Position numbers and translations under genes: made by a program. This document shows, one piece after another, positions 8,864 to 18,720 of a DNA stretch of 64,000 nucleotides; the stretch's first letter is position 1; each line of letters begins with the position of its first letter. The notes under the pieces are model-generated. The model searched no databases, was not told the DNA's origin, and saw only the letters and a program-made list of their open reading frames with translations. Origin of the DNA: a virus (Duplodnaviria; Caudoviricetes); the IMG/VR virus record IMGVR_UViG_2832187548_000002, positions 157 to 64,156 of that record; one strand, written 5' to 3'.

Positions 8864-8971
8864 TGAGTTTTCCTAAAGGGGGGCGGCAGAATATTTGCCG
8901 CACTAATGGCTCTGGACTTCAAGCGCAGAGCACCGCTACCATCCGCCTCAGCTATATGGGGAGGCGACTAC

Positions 8972-9559
8972 ATGAATGTGCGGGCACTACTTATTGCGGC
9001 GATCGCTATTGTCGGCGCAAACTCGGCAATGGCTGACGATGCCAACACGGGTATTCTACGCGCTGTGCTCGAAGACGGCGGAAAATGCCGACAGGAAGAG
9101 ACGGAGGCCAGCAAAGCGGCGTGCTTTGAACAGGCTATTTCGGTCGCTCAAGGCAAATACGACGCTTCAATTGCAACGGCGGAAAAGGATGCGGACGAAA
9201 AGCCTAAGTCTTACAAGGTTGTGGACTCGGATGATCTTTACGTCTCACCCAACAAATACAAAGGTACGGCCGTCGAGTGGCGAAACGCGCAATGCCTGTA
9301 CGCTGATAAAGACGAATACCGCTGTGCAAGCAATGGCCGTGGCATGACCGTCATGATTGTAGCCAGGAAAATCACGCCAGATAACGAGCGGACGATGCTC
9401 GAAAATGACTGCGACTCGGTGAAGTCGACATTTACAAAAAAGTGCCGTCGTACAATTCGATTTACGCTTTTGGGTTCGACCATGGATGACATCGGCGGCA
9501 TCGAAAATAAGCGCGTCGTATTGCTGGCGAAGGAACTGGAGATCTTCAAGGGCAAATAA
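8972..9559 (+). CDS. Secreted/periplasmic protein (moron)
   Basis: Signal peptide ending AMA; multiple Cys; opposite strand to late operon; GGGAGG RBS; visibly lower GC. Confidence 0.8.
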   Translation: MNVRALLIAAIAIVGANSAMADDANTGILRAVLEDGGKCRQEETEASKAACFEQAISVAQGKYDASIATAEKDADEKPKSYKVVDSDDLYVSPNKYKGTAVEWRNAQCLYADKDEYRCASNGRGMTVMIVARKITPDNERTMLENDCDSVKSTFTKKCRRTIRFTLLGSTMDDIGGIENKRVVLLAKELEIFKGK

Positions 9560-9562
9560 TGG

Positions 9563-10618
9563 CTACTTGCCCTTGGCCGCCGTCTTGCTTCCGCGACTGT
9601 CCTTCCCGGATTCGCCGGCTGGCTTCTTCACTGACAGCGACGTGGTCCAACCAGACCGGGAATAATTCTGTGTCACGGTGTCGATGGTGTACGTGCCGTC
9701 AACACCGGGGCGGGCGCCGATCAGGATAACGGTTGCCTCGGGCTGGGGGGCGGTGCTGCCATCCACGACGATGGTGCCGCCGCCCTTTTCCCGCTCGGAC
9801 GTTTTGGCGTGCGATTTCGCCCGAGCCTTCGCCTCGTCCTTATCGGCGGCTGTAAACCGGTCGACGAATTCGGCCTTAGCGCCGTCGTCCTGGACCTGCT
9901 GCTCTTCCTCTACCCATTTGGCCTGCTTCTTGTCGTAGTGCCGAACCTTGATCGTCTTGTATCGAGGGCGCCCCATTTCGGGGCTGATATCCCATGAAAT
10001 GAGGTTCACGCCCATCACCGCGGCGAACGTCGGCAAATCCTGCCCGCTTGCGCTTTTGCCTGCGTTCCTGTCGGCGACGATGGCCTTGCGCCCTACGACC
10101 TTGAAGGTGCCGCCCACCTCCCGCGCCACGCGCTGTGCGAAGGCGAGAAAGCTTTCATTCTGCATGGCCCAATATTCGCGGGTGATTTCCGCCAAGGATG
10201 GGGCGACCACGACTTCGTCAATGTCCGAATCCTTGGCGGCGTCGGACAGCACTTCGCCGATCTTCTTCTTATCCCAATGCTTTTTGCGAGGCTGCTTCGC
10301 CTTTGAATTCGTGTCAGCACTCTTGGCGGACACCGATAGCGTCATACCGCTGGACCGGGATCCCTTCGAAGTAACCTCGTCGACCGTACCAGTGAATGCG
10401 ATTTGGGACGGGTTCTCATCATTCCCGAGTTCAACGGACACTGGCACGCCCTGGCGCGGCAGCAGAATCTGCCCGTTGCGATCGTCGAATTCGAATTGGC
10501 AGGTGTCTTGTGTGTTGCCGGCCTTGTCGGTGATGGTGATGTCCGTCAGGTAAGGCATGATCGCCGACGAGACGTTTTGCCCATCAATCGTGACAACGCA
10601 TATGGTTTTGGTGGCCAT
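9563..10618 (-). CDS. Phage late control D / baseplate hub protein
   Basis: ITITDKAG...D...QNESFLAFAQRVA; follows gpX and gpU. Confidence 0.85.
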   Translation of the reverse strand: MATKTICVVTIDGQNVSSAIMPYLTDITITDKAGNTQDTCQFEFDDRNGQILLPRQGVPVSVELGNDENPSQIAFTGTVDEVTSKGSRSSGMTLSVSAKSADTNSKAKQPRKKHWDKKKIGEVLSDAAKDSDIDEVVVAPSLAEITREYWAMQNESFLAFAQRVAREVGGTFKVVGRKAIVADRNAGKSASGQDLPTFAAVMGVNLISWDISPEMGRPRYKTIKVRHYDKKQAKWVEEEQQVQDDGAKAEFVDRFTAADKDEAKARAKSHAKTSEREKGGGTIVVDGSTAPQPEATVILIGARPGVDGTYTIDTVTQNYSRSGWTTSLSVKKPAGESGKDSRGSKTAAKGK

Positions 10619-10621
10619 GGT

Positions 10622-10852
10622 TCAATCCCACAGGCGGACGGCAGGCCGACGAGGTGTCACTACGTCGGGTGCCTCGATAGGGATTTTGAACACCGTGCCA
10701 ACGGGCAGGATAGGCCCGAGGTCGGCAAGTCCTTCGTTGGCGGCAAGCGTCCGTTCCAGCAGGCCGGGCACCACGCGCTTGAAGCGCCGCCACAGAATGA
10801 GATCCACCATCAGGTTGTCACCTCGGACGGTGACGGTCTCGTAATCGGTCAT
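10622..10852 (-). CDS. Tail protein X (P2 gpX, LysM-like)
   Basis: LAANEGLADLGPILPVGTVFKIP...VRLWD. Confidence 0.9.
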   Translation of the reverse strand: MTDYETVTVRGDNLMVDLILWRRFKRVVPGLLERTLAANEGLADLGPILPVGTVFKIPIEAPDVVTPRRPAVRLWD

Positions 10853-11271
10853 TGCAACAGCCAGGAAATGGAGGCGAAGAAGTCAGGGCCGGACGGCGGC
10901 TCGTCCCGTTTCAGGGTGAGCGACGCGTCAATGACGCGTCCGACTCCGTGCGGCCCCAGATAGGTGGATTTCTCAGAGCAGCCGCCGACACAGAACCACC
11001 CGAGGGGCACGCCATCGCCGCGCATGAAGTATTGGGCGATGCCCGATTGCCGCATTGCGTCGAGATCGGACAAGCTGCCCAGCCCGCCAAGCTTTTCGGG
11101 GAACAGCTTGATCGTGATGGTGAAGCTTTCGGGGCCGTCGCCGACGAATTCGAGGGGAGGGCGACGCCCCATGACCGGTTTCTCGACGAGCCCGGCTTCG
11201 GTGGTGCGCTCGTAATCCGTGATGTTCACGGGATAGACTTCGAAGATGACGGGTCCAAGAATGGCAAGCAT
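10849..11271 (-). CDS. P2 gpU-like tail protein
   Basis: MLAILGPVIFEV...RRPPLEFVGDGPESFTI. Confidence 0.9.
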   Translation of the reverse strand: MLAILGPVIFEVYPVNITDYERTTEAGLVEKPVMGRRPPLEFVGDGPESFTITIKLFPEKLGGLGSLSDLDAMRQSGIAQYFMRGDGVPLGWFCVGGCSEKSTYLGPHGVGRVIDASLTLKRDEPPSGPDFFASISWLLQ

Positions 11272-11279
11272 GGTGAGTC

Positions 11280-13904
11280 CTATGGCCCGGCCCCGATGCC
11301 GACGTCAGCATTGACGCCTCGCACCGCCTGGCCGCTGGTTGGCGAGCGCACAAACATTCCGTTGATTTTCTCGATGGTGGCCACAAGCTGGTTTGCCGCC
11401 GCCTGCGCCGCCTGAATGGACGAAAGGTCGATTTTCGGTGCTGCCGTCACATCGAGGGCGCTTTTGATTTCGCCGCCCGCTTGCTTCGCCTTGTCCACGT
11501 CATCTTGATAGTTCTGGCCACCAGACGACGGAGGGGTCCACCCGGCATTTGGGGCTCGAGAGACGCCGGCAGCGCCCTGCGGGTATTTCGCAGCCATGCC
11601 GCGCAATGACATGTCGGAAGTCGCGGGCGCAGTTGCCCACGTGTTCGGCCCCTCTTTATAGCCACCCCACATGCGTCTGGCGCGATCCCAAATCGACAGA
11701 TTGAATTCTGCCTCGGGGTCGTATGGCTTCCCGGTTCTGGTTGTCGTGGGATGGGGAAGCTTCGGGAACAGATAGTCCATTCCCTCTTGCCCAGCCGCCA
11801 AGATGGCAGCACCCACGCTTATGCCGGCGGCTACATTCCATTTCCCACCCTTCTTGCCGCCCTTCGCGCCGCCTGCTGCATCAGCAGCGCCACCGGTAGC
11901 AGCTGCGCCCTGCAGAGCCCTCGCGGCTACCGTCAATTCACCGGCCGCCGCTGTCAGGGCAGTGGCTGATTTGAATTCCAGTAGGTTGTTTACGAGTCCC
12001 CAAGCGCCTGAGAACTCGGCAACCTTGCTGGCTGCCAATCCGGCGGCGCTGCCGAACGCCAACAGATTGGGATTGGCTTCGGCAAGCCCTTGCACAAATT
12101 TCCCCGTGGCGTCGGTAATATTGGTGAGGAATCCGCCTGTCCCGGAATTGTCGAGGGAGCGGCCCACAGCCGTTTCGAGGTTCTTCACCGCACCTTCAAA
12201 GCGGGAAACTGCACCGTCGAAACCGCCCATACGCTCATCAGAGACGGACTTTGCGTAGCCGTCCGAATGATTGTTGAGTTCGTCGATCATGTGCTTGAAG
12301 GTCTTGGAATCTCCAAGCGCGGTAGCAATGCGGCCGCCCTGCTTCGAACCGAATACGGCGTTTGCAAGGGCGAGGTTGCCCGCAATCTTCGGCATCAGAT
12401 CTTCAATGAGGGCGTTGATATCCACGCCGCGCATCGAGGCATCGCGGAACCGGTTCGCCATACCGGCAATGCTCTTCTTGGCCTTGGCGTCGTCGCCGTC
12501 GAGATTGTCAGCCAGGACACCCATAACGGCCGGCGTGAATTTGGCCGGGTCCGAAATCATCGACTTGTCTTCGAAGATTTTCTTAAGCCCGGCCCGGGCC
12601 TCTTCGTTGAGCGCCACGCCGTATTGCGCCGCCACGTTCTTGACGAACGGGTCCACCTCGATGCGGTCGGGGTTGCGCTGGTAGTTGGAATAGTCCAGCC
12701 CGTTGGCGAGCATGGCTTCCTTCGCGCCGCGGGTCGGTTTCTGCCCGAAGGCCATGAGAGCGCGGAAGGCAACGCCTGCCTCGTCGCCGCCGATGTTGGC
12801 CTTTTTGCTGATAGCGCCGAACGCCAACAGGTTTTGTTCGCTGATACCAGCCATGTACGCCGGCGTGCCGCCATACTTGTAAATCTGACGGATATCCTCG
12901 GGCGTCATGCCGGATATTTTCGAGGCCTTCACCTGCACGTCAGCGGTCTGCCTTGCCGCCTCCGCAGCAGCCGCCACCGTCGAGACGTCCTTTTTGAAGG
13001 TGAAGATCGCGCCTTCCATCTGCTTCACAGCATCTGGCAGCGACAGGTCGAAACCCTGGCCGAGCGTGGCAGCGTCCGGCATCATGCCAAGGATGGCGTC
13101 ACGCCTGACACCGCGCGCGGCAAGATCGCGCTGGGCTTCCAACACCTGCACGTCATTGTATTTGGTGGTGGCACCCATGTGGATGGCCTGGTCGATGAGC
13201 GGCGCTTGCTCCGCATCGGTGATGCCCATCACCGCCTTGCCGTACCGGCGTTCCTTGTCGAACTCGCGATAGGTGTGGCCGACACCTCGCACGGCCTCGC
13301 TTGCCTTCGCGCCGACGTACATGGCCCCACCCGACGCCATGGTGCCGATGACGGCTCGTCGGCGCTCGCGGCGGGCTTCCAATTTCGCGGCGTTCTGTTC
13401 GGCAAGGACTTGTTTGCGGAGGGCGGCCGTCGTCTGCTCGATGGCCTCTTTGACGCGGTTTTCAGCCGTCACCAGCTTGTTTGCCGAGTTCCCGAACGCG
13501 CCGAATTCTTTTTCGGCCTGCTGGATCGCGAACTTCTGGCTGCTGATGGCATCCGTGGTTCGCTTCACATGCTGGGCGGCCTTCTCATAGGCCCTCTGCA
13601 TGCGCTCGGTCGGGTTCGCCGAAGCCTGCAGCGCATTGCCGAGTTCCCGAACCCGCTGGCGTGCCTTGTCATAGGTGGCCGTGAGTTCGGAAAGCCGCTG
13701 CTGCATCGTCCGAACTGAGCCGACCCGCCCCAGCTGTTCCTGCTGCTTGCGGAGTTCGTTCGTCAGCTTCTGCATGGCAGCGGAACCGCTGCCAACTTCC
13801 TTTTCCGCCTGCGAGATCTTCTTGAGGGATTCCGCCACCTTTTTGGCGTGTGCGGAAGCATCATCCTGCAGCTTGATGATCAGTTCGGCGATAGATGCAG
13901 TCAT
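11280..13904 (-). CDS. Tail tape measure protein
   Basis: 874 aa, Ala-rich helical protein downstream of chaperones. Confidence 0.9.
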   Translation of the reverse strand: MTASIAELIIKLQDDASAHAKKVAESLKKISQAEKEVGSGSAAMQKLTNELRKQQEQLGRVGSVRTMQQRLSELTATYDKARQRVRELGNALQASANPTERMQRAYEKAAQHVKRTTDAISSQKFAIQQAEKEFGAFGNSANKLVTAENRVKEAIEQTTAALRKQVLAEQNAAKLEARRERRRAVIGTMASGGAMYVGAKASEAVRGVGHTYREFDKERRYGKAVMGITDAEQAPLIDQAIHMGATTKYNDVQVLEAQRDLAARGVRRDAILGMMPDAATLGQGFDLSLPDAVKQMEGAIFTFKKDVSTVAAAAEAARQTADVQVKASKISGMTPEDIRQIYKYGGTPAYMAGISEQNLLAFGAISKKANIGGDEAGVAFRALMAFGQKPTRGAKEAMLANGLDYSNYQRNPDRIEVDPFVKNVAAQYGVALNEEARAGLKKIFEDKSMISDPAKFTPAVMGVLADNLDGDDAKAKKSIAGMANRFRDASMRGVDINALIEDLMPKIAGNLALANAVFGSKQGGRIATALGDSKTFKHMIDELNNHSDGYAKSVSDERMGGFDGAVSRFEGAVKNLETAVGRSLDNSGTGGFLTNITDATGKFVQGLAEANPNLLAFGSAAGLAASKVAEFSGAWGLVNNLLEFKSATALTAAAGELTVAARALQGAAATGGAADAAGGAKGGKKGGKWNVAAGISVGAAILAAGQEGMDYLFPKLPHPTTTRTGKPYDPEAEFNLSIWDRARRMWGGYKEGPNTWATAPATSDMSLRGMAAKYPQGAAGVSRAPNAGWTPPSSGGQNYQDDVDKAKQAGGEIKSALDVTAAPKIDLSSIQAAQAAANQLVATIEKINGMFVRSPTSGQAVRGVNADVGIGAGP

Positions 13905-14098
13905 TCGAGGGGTGCCCCTGCGCCTTCCTTGAGGAGCCGCGCCTCATCCCACCATTCGATCAATTCGTGCCAATCCATGGCTCGAATCTCTTGGAGGGAA
14001 AGGCGCGGAAATGTCGCCATCACCAGGGCGGCTAGGCGTCGCCAGCCGCCGGGGACTGCGCGGGCGCCGGGGCGTCCAGGTAGCGGCGGGGCAAAAAA
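13901..14098 (-). CDS. Tail chaperone -1 frameshift extension (gpE+E'-like)
   Basis: Slippery TTTTTTG at 14098-14092; -1 frame open to TGA overlapping TMP start, encoding ...LQEIRAMDWHELIEWWDEA... Confidence 0.75.
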   Translation of the reverse strand, partial: FFAPPLPGRPGARAVPGGWRRLAALVMATFPRLSLQEIRAMDWHELIEWWDEARLLKEGAGAPLE

Positions 14099-14433
14099 CG
14101 GGCTGCCACCTCGTCCACCTTGTCGGCGTCGTCGACGTCGAGGATGGCAAATACCTCATCCGGAATATCGAACATGGGAAAGCGCGTCGGGGCCTTCTCG
14201 CCGCGGGATTCGGCATTCCGAACCCGGTCGGTGAAGCCTTCGATTTCCTCAACCGTCATGCGGCGTACGCCAACGCTGTAGAAGGTGGTGCCGCCGAACT
14301 CGACCGGCCATTCGAGGGGCACGGTCGTGAAGCGCTCGGACGCGCGGACGTGCGTCGGGGCGGGCGTGGCCGTCTTGGCGGTGGATTCGGGCGAGGTGGA
14401 AGCGGCGGCTTCGGACGAGGCATTTGCGTTCAC
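14032..14433 (-). CDS. Tail assembly chaperone (gpE/gp41-like)
   Basis: VPLEWPVEFGG...VRRMTV...LDVDDADKV; between tube and TMP genes. Confidence 0.85.
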   Translation of the reverse strand: MNANASSEAAASTSPESTAKTATPAPTHVRASERFTTVPLEWPVEFGGTTFYSVGVRRMTVEEIEGFTDRVRNAESRGEKAPTRFPMFDIPDEVFAILDVDDADKVDEVAARFLPRRYLDAPAPAQSPAAGDA

Positions 14434-14498
14434 GGGTATGATTCCATGTGAAAAAGGGGCGGCCGCGCGAACGCGGCCGTCGATGTCGAGGCGAATTG

Positions 14499-15038
14499 TC
14501 AGGAGGCGTTGGGGATCCGCAGGATGCGGTTCACGTCGGTGTTCTGGTCTTCCTCACCCGTGCGCAGGGTGTTGGTCCAGAAATCCCAATAGAAGATTTC
14601 CGCACCGTCGAAGTGGATTTCGTAGTGCGTGATCTCATTGAGAGCGTAGGAGAAGCCGAGGCCCTGGCCGCGGGTGAACTGGTCGGCGGTGGCCTTGCCG
14701 AGGCGGGCTTCGGCGATGACCTTCACCTCGATGGCGCGGCCGGTGCGCTTGTCGCGGATGACGCCATAGGCCGTATAGGTGTTCTTGAGGCGGGTCCCGA
14801 GGCCGAATTGCTTCAGCAGGTCCGGATCCCAGCCCTTGAGCTTGAACGAGAAATTCAGCTTGTTAACGCCCACCTCGAATTCGACACCGACATAGCTGCC
14901 GCCAGGGTGATGGTCGGCGTACTGCGCCTGCAGGTCGGAAAAGGTGACGTCCTCAATGGTGAGGTGCTTGGACTTCGTGGGGTCGGTGTCGCCGCAATAC
15001 AGGTTGGCGGCTTCCATGAAGTACAGGGAATTGGACAT
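14499..15038 (-). CDS. Major tail tube protein (P2 FII-like)
   Basis: Position after sheath; MSNSLYFMEAANL start; size 179 aa. Confidence 0.85.
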   Translation of the reverse strand: MSNSLYFMEAANLYCGDTDPTKSKHLTIEDVTFSDLQAQYADHHPGGSYVGVEFEVGVNKLNFSFKLKGWDPDLLKQFGLGTRLKNTYTAYGVIRDKRTGRAIEVKVIAEARLGKATADQFTRGQGLGFSYALNEITHYEIHFDGAEIFYWDFWTNTLRTGEEDQNTDVNRILRIPNAS

Positions 15039-15114
15039 AGTGCAGGCTCCAAAGCAAGGCAGCCGCACCCGATGGTGCGGGCTGCGGCTGCTGCGTTACG
15101 AGGGTGGTGGCGGG

Positions 15115-16632
15115 TTAGGCTGCGAGGTCGAGTTGCGACATCAGGTCAGTCAACAGCGTATCCAGCGCCGGCCGGTAACGGGCCGAACTGAGGCCGATGA
15201 AGCGCAGCGGCGCGGGTTCCTCAGCGGCGAAGCCGATGAAGATCTTGCCCTGCCGCAGCTTCTCGGGGCTGTTGGAAGTCGTATCGAACCTGATTTTGTA
15301 GCCGAGAATGTCATCATCGGCCTTCAAGTCGCGGAGCGCGAATTCCATGGTGTTCAACACCGCCTGCAACGCCTGGCCGGTGATGTTGAAGCGCCCGAGG
15401 TAATAGCGCAGCGTCTTGATAAAGATCAGGTGGATATAGTCGCGCCCGCGCACCTGGTTGTAGAACTGCCAAAGTTCGTCGGGGCTGCAGGTGTCCGTGC
15501 CGACATAGACATAGCCGCCGTCCCCGATAGCGCCATCGGTGCTGTTGCCGCGAACGACCACGCCGATGTTGTGGGAAAGCAGCGTCTGCCCCTCGTTCGC
15601 GCCATCGAGGATGGAGAACGAGATCGGACGGCTGACGCCGACGATTCCGTTGATGGGCTGATTGGCCCAAGAGCGGAAGGGGCGGCCGTTGAATTCATGG
15701 TCGCGACGAACGGCCACGCCGATGATGTAGGGCGACATCGGCACCACGACGATGTTGCCGGCCTCGTCCAGAATCTTGGCGGCCGGGTCGACCGGGATGA
15801 TGCGCTTGGACGAGATAGTAGAGCGCCAAGCAATGCCATCCGTCATAGTGGTGGCCGGCCCGTCCACGACAGAAACCGCCATCAGCTGATCCAGCAGACC
15901 GCCAAGACTGGCAATGATTGCATTGGATCCGGTATCCACAGTCACCGTGGCGGTGGGAAGGGCCTTGTCGGCCGCGTTGCCGCCACCTGCGAACGTCGCC
16001 GTCACAACACCGGACAGGTTCGCGCCAACCGTGTCGATGACCACCGACACGACAGTGTCGACCGGGCCGGTCGTGCCGTCGCCCATCACAGCATGAGCGG
16101 TGGGCAGGATCTTGTTCGGGTCGCTGCCGCCGCCAGTGAACGAGATGGTGGGCGCTTCGGTCAGCTTGGAGCCGTTGGCCGTCAAACTTACAGCCGAGAC
16201 ATACCCAACGTTCTGGGAAGTGAAGCCGGGCACGCAGATGAGCCGCGGCGTGATGCCGAGTTCTTCACCTGCATCGAGAAGGGCGAACATGCCGGTGCGC
16301 GCATTGATGTCGCCGCGAAGATTGGCGATCGTCTGCGCGGTATTGGCTCCCGGCTGCACGCGGACAACCACCACCTGCGCAGCTACCTGCAACTGCCCAA
16401 GCTGCGCGTTGATGGCCTGAATAGCGCGGTAGATCGTGCCGGCCTTGCCCAGCTTCGCCAGCTTGCCGGCGTCGTTCGAAAAGAACGTAACCGGCTGGTC
16501 ATAGGGGAATTCGGCCGCGTCGGCATCGGGTGCAACGCCGACGATGCCGACACCGCTCATGTTGGAAGTGATTGCCGGCAACGGCTCGTTGTCGACACTC
16601 GTAATCGACATGCCGAAAGTGGGCGTGCTCAT
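15115..16632 (-). CDS. Tail sheath protein (P2 FI-like)
   Basis: PRLICVPGF, SWANQPINGI, NSPEKLRQGKI...PAPL. Confidence 0.9.
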   Translation of the reverse strand: MSTPTFGMSITSVDNEPLPAITSNMSGVGIVGVAPDADAAEFPYDQPVTFFSNDAGKLAKLGKAGTIYRAIQAINAQLGQLQVAAQVVVVRVQPGANTAQTIANLRGDINARTGMFALLDAGEELGITPRLICVPGFTSQNVGYVSAVSLTANGSKLTEAPTISFTGGGSDPNKILPTAHAVMGDGTTGPVDTVVSVVIDTVGANLSGVVTATFAGGGNAADKALPTATVTVDTGSNAIIASLGGLLDQLMAVSVVDGPATTMTDGIAWRSTISSKRIIPVDPAAKILDEAGNIVVVPMSPYIIGVAVRRDHEFNGRPFRSWANQPINGIVGVSRPISFSILDGANEGQTLLSHNIGVVVRGNSTDGAIGDGGYVYVGTDTCSPDELWQFYNQVRGRDYIHLIFIKTLRYYLGRFNITGQALQAVLNTMEFALRDLKADDDILGYKIRFDTTSNSPEKLRQGKIFIGFAAEEPAPLRFIGLSSARYRPALDTLLTDLMSQLDLAA

Positions 16633-16644
16633 AGGGCGCTCCAT

Positions 16645-16674
16645 AAAAAAACCCCGCCGTGGCGGGGCGGGGTT
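16645..16674 (-). terminator. Intrinsic terminator upstream of sheath gene
   Basis: GC-rich CCCCGCC hairpin followed by T-run on minus strand. Confidence 0.6.
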
Positions 16675-16711
16675 GAACTAGGTGGGCTGTCAGCCGTGAG
16701 GGTTTGAACGG

Positions 16712-17317
16712 CTAGACGATGATGTAGACGGTGGCGGTGGCTACGGTGGCCACGGCAGGCGGATTGACCTCGGCAAACCCGGAAGGAACGTTTTCCAGCG
16801 ACGAAGCAGCGAACAGGCCTGTTGCCACTTCACCTGCGCGAGTCACGGCCACAGCCGGGTAAATGGCGCCGGAAAAGGCGATATCGATGCCGCCGCTACC
16901 GGTCGCCGGATCCGGCGACGTCCCGCCGAACCACGCGTCATTGTTGGCCCGTAGCCAGAACTTCCGCAGCGTCGGGTCGACTGCGACCCAAACCTTCATG
17001 CCGTTGGAACGGGCAGCGGGGGCCGTCGAAATCTTGTTGCCGTTGAAATACAGGCCTTCGTCACCGGGCCAGAAGCCGTATCCGTTGGCTTCGCCGCCAA
17101 GATAGCTGCTGGTGTAGACACCGGCGTTGGCTACCCCTAACGCCACTTGCCCATTGCCATCGGTATCGTCGAGGCGAAGGCCGAAGACGCTTTTCGTGGT
17201 TATCGGGTCCACGGCGATGCCGCAGACTGAATATGCGGTTGCCGCCGTGATCGTTAGGTTGCCGTTACTCAACACCATCTGGGCATGCCAGTGCGTCGGA
17301 TCCCACGACGTGCTCAA
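16712..17317 (-). CDS. SPRY/concanavalin-like tail accessory protein
   Basis: LSNGNLT...VAVDPTLRKFWL...NDAWFG...IYPAV. Confidence 0.7.
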   Translation of the reverse strand: MSTSWDPTHWHAQMVLSNGNLTITAATAYSVCGIAVDPITTKSVFGLRLDDTDGNGQVALGVANAGVYTSSYLGGEANGYGFWPGDEGLYFNGNKISTAPAARSNGMKVWVAVDPTLRKFWLRANNDAWFGGTSPDPATGSGGIDIAFSGAIYPAVAVTRAGEVATGLFAASSLENVPSGFAEVNPPAVATVATATVYIIV

Positions 17318-17745
17318 CGCTGCACCTTCAACGCAATCGAAAGCTTGGTCGCGGCGGTGTTGCTGTCGACAATGAAGGTGAAGACGTCACCGGAAGCGAC
17401 GGCGGTTGTCCAGCCCGTGAGGGCCGTTGAAGTAGCCTTCGCAGCTGCCGCCAAGGTAGGAGGGGCGCTGGCCGTAATCTTGTCGGCGACCGTAGGCGGT
17501 GCAGCCGCAAAGGTGCATTTGTAGATGTTGACGACGGCATCGCCCGACACGTCCGCGAGCAAGGTCCAATCTTTTGCCGTCCCGGCGACGGGAACCGGGA
17601 TCGTCACTTTTGTGCCAGCGGGGATGACAGAACCGCCGCCGTCGAAGACGGCAACAATGGCGGCCGGTGAAACCCGCCCGACAATGGCCTTTATCTCGGC
17701 CGCTATCCGCGACGCGAGATCGTTGACACCGGCTGCTAGGCTCAT
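17314..17745 (-). CDS. Virion accessory protein
   Basis: Operon-coupled; N-terminal helix similar to upstream ORF. Confidence 0.7.
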   Translation of the reverse strand: MSLAAGVNDLASRIAAEIKAIVGRVSPAAIVAVFDGGGSVIPAGTKVTIPVPVAGTAKDWTLLADVSGDAVVNIYKCTFAAAPPTVADKITASAPPTLAAAAKATSTALTGWTTAVASGDVFTFIVDSNTAATKLSIALKVQR

Positions 17746-18227
17746 GCCAAGCCCGCCTCGAAGGTGGTCACGAAATTGGTGGCCGGGTCGCCGACACCGA
17801 TATTTGCGCAGGCCTGGGCCTGCTGCGGCGCGGTGAGCGTCTGCGCCGCATCGAAGCGAACCCGATTGCCGAGCGCGGTGGTCACGGTGCCGGAGAAGTT
17901 GGCATCATTGCCGAGGGCCGCCGCCAGTTCTTGAAGGGTATCGAGGGCAGAGGGGACGCCGTTCAAGATCCCGTCGATTGCAGCCGTAAGCGTCTGTTGG
18001 ATTTTCGATGACGACCAAGTCGACCCGGTACTCGTCGCCCCATCATCGATACCGCTGGCGGCCGAAACCGCTGCCTTCACTTCGTTGATTGCCGCGACAA
18101 GATTGGCCTTCGCTGTTGTCGTCAAACCGGACAAGTCACCGGCATTGCCGTTGACTAGCGTGCGCACCGCCTTGAATTCAGTTGCGATACGGGTTGCAAG
18201 GTTCTGGATATTGGTGGCGAATGACAT
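17742..18227 (-). CDS. Tail-fibre-related protein
   Basis: LTTTAKANLVAAINEV, TWSSSKI, ALDTLQELAAALGNDANF, QQAQACANIG fibre motifs. Confidence 0.8.
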   Translation of the reverse strand: MSFATNIQNLATRIATEFKAVRTLVNGNAGDLSGLTTTAKANLVAAINEVKAAVSAASGIDDGATSTGSTWSSSKIQQTLTAAIDGILNGVPSALDTLQELAAALGNDANFSGTVTTALGNRVRFDAAQTLTAPQQAQACANIGVGDPATNFVTTFEAGLA

Positions 18228-18382
18228 CACACGATCCCATTGTTGAAAATCAGGGTAAGGTCGGGGAGGTCATCAAGAACCGTATCCCCATCTTTGCCGG
18301 CAGGCCCCGGCGGGCCGGGTACCTCAACGACCACGACTTCCGGCTCCGACGAAACGATGACCTCGATGACGTCAATCGTCAT
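18227..18382 (-). CDS. Small protein with short collagen-like stretch
   Basis: GPPGPAGKDG; GAGGA RBS; overlaps neighbours. Confidence 0.6.
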   Translation of the reverse strand: MTIDVIEVIVSSEPEVVVVEVPGPPGPAGKDGDTVLDDLPDLTLIFNNGIV

Positions 18383-18710
18383 TGGCCCATTCCTCCACGG
18401 TGACGGAGCCGTACAACGGGGATCCCTGCCAGTCGCCGACCCGCCGTTCCAGTTCGTACCTGGCAACGTTCTGCCCCGTTGGCAGCAAGCGCGTTTCCAA
18501 CGGTGGGATCGTCAACCAGATGCGCCCGGTGGCGGCATCGAACGTCAGGCCGGAGCCAACCGTCTTGCGGATTTTTCCGCCTGCCCAAGTGATGATGAAG
18601 ACGAAATCAGATCCGTCCATTTGGGCGGGCGTTCGGTCTTTGTTGAGGAGCACGAACCCGCGTTCGAAGGTGTTGCCCTTCCAAATCGAAATGTTGAGCC
18701 GCACTGGCAT
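18372..18710 (-). CDS. BppU-N-like fibre adaptor
   Basis: NISIWKGNTF...DAATGRIWLTI...YELE...LYGSVTV. Confidence 0.65.
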   Translation of the reverse strand: MPVRLNISIWKGNTFERGFVLLNKDRTPAQMDGSDFVFIITWAGGKIRKTVGSGLTFDAATGRIWLTIPPLETRLLPTGQNVARYELERRVGDWQGSPLYGSVTVEEWANDD

Positions 18711-18720
18711 GGTTGATCAC

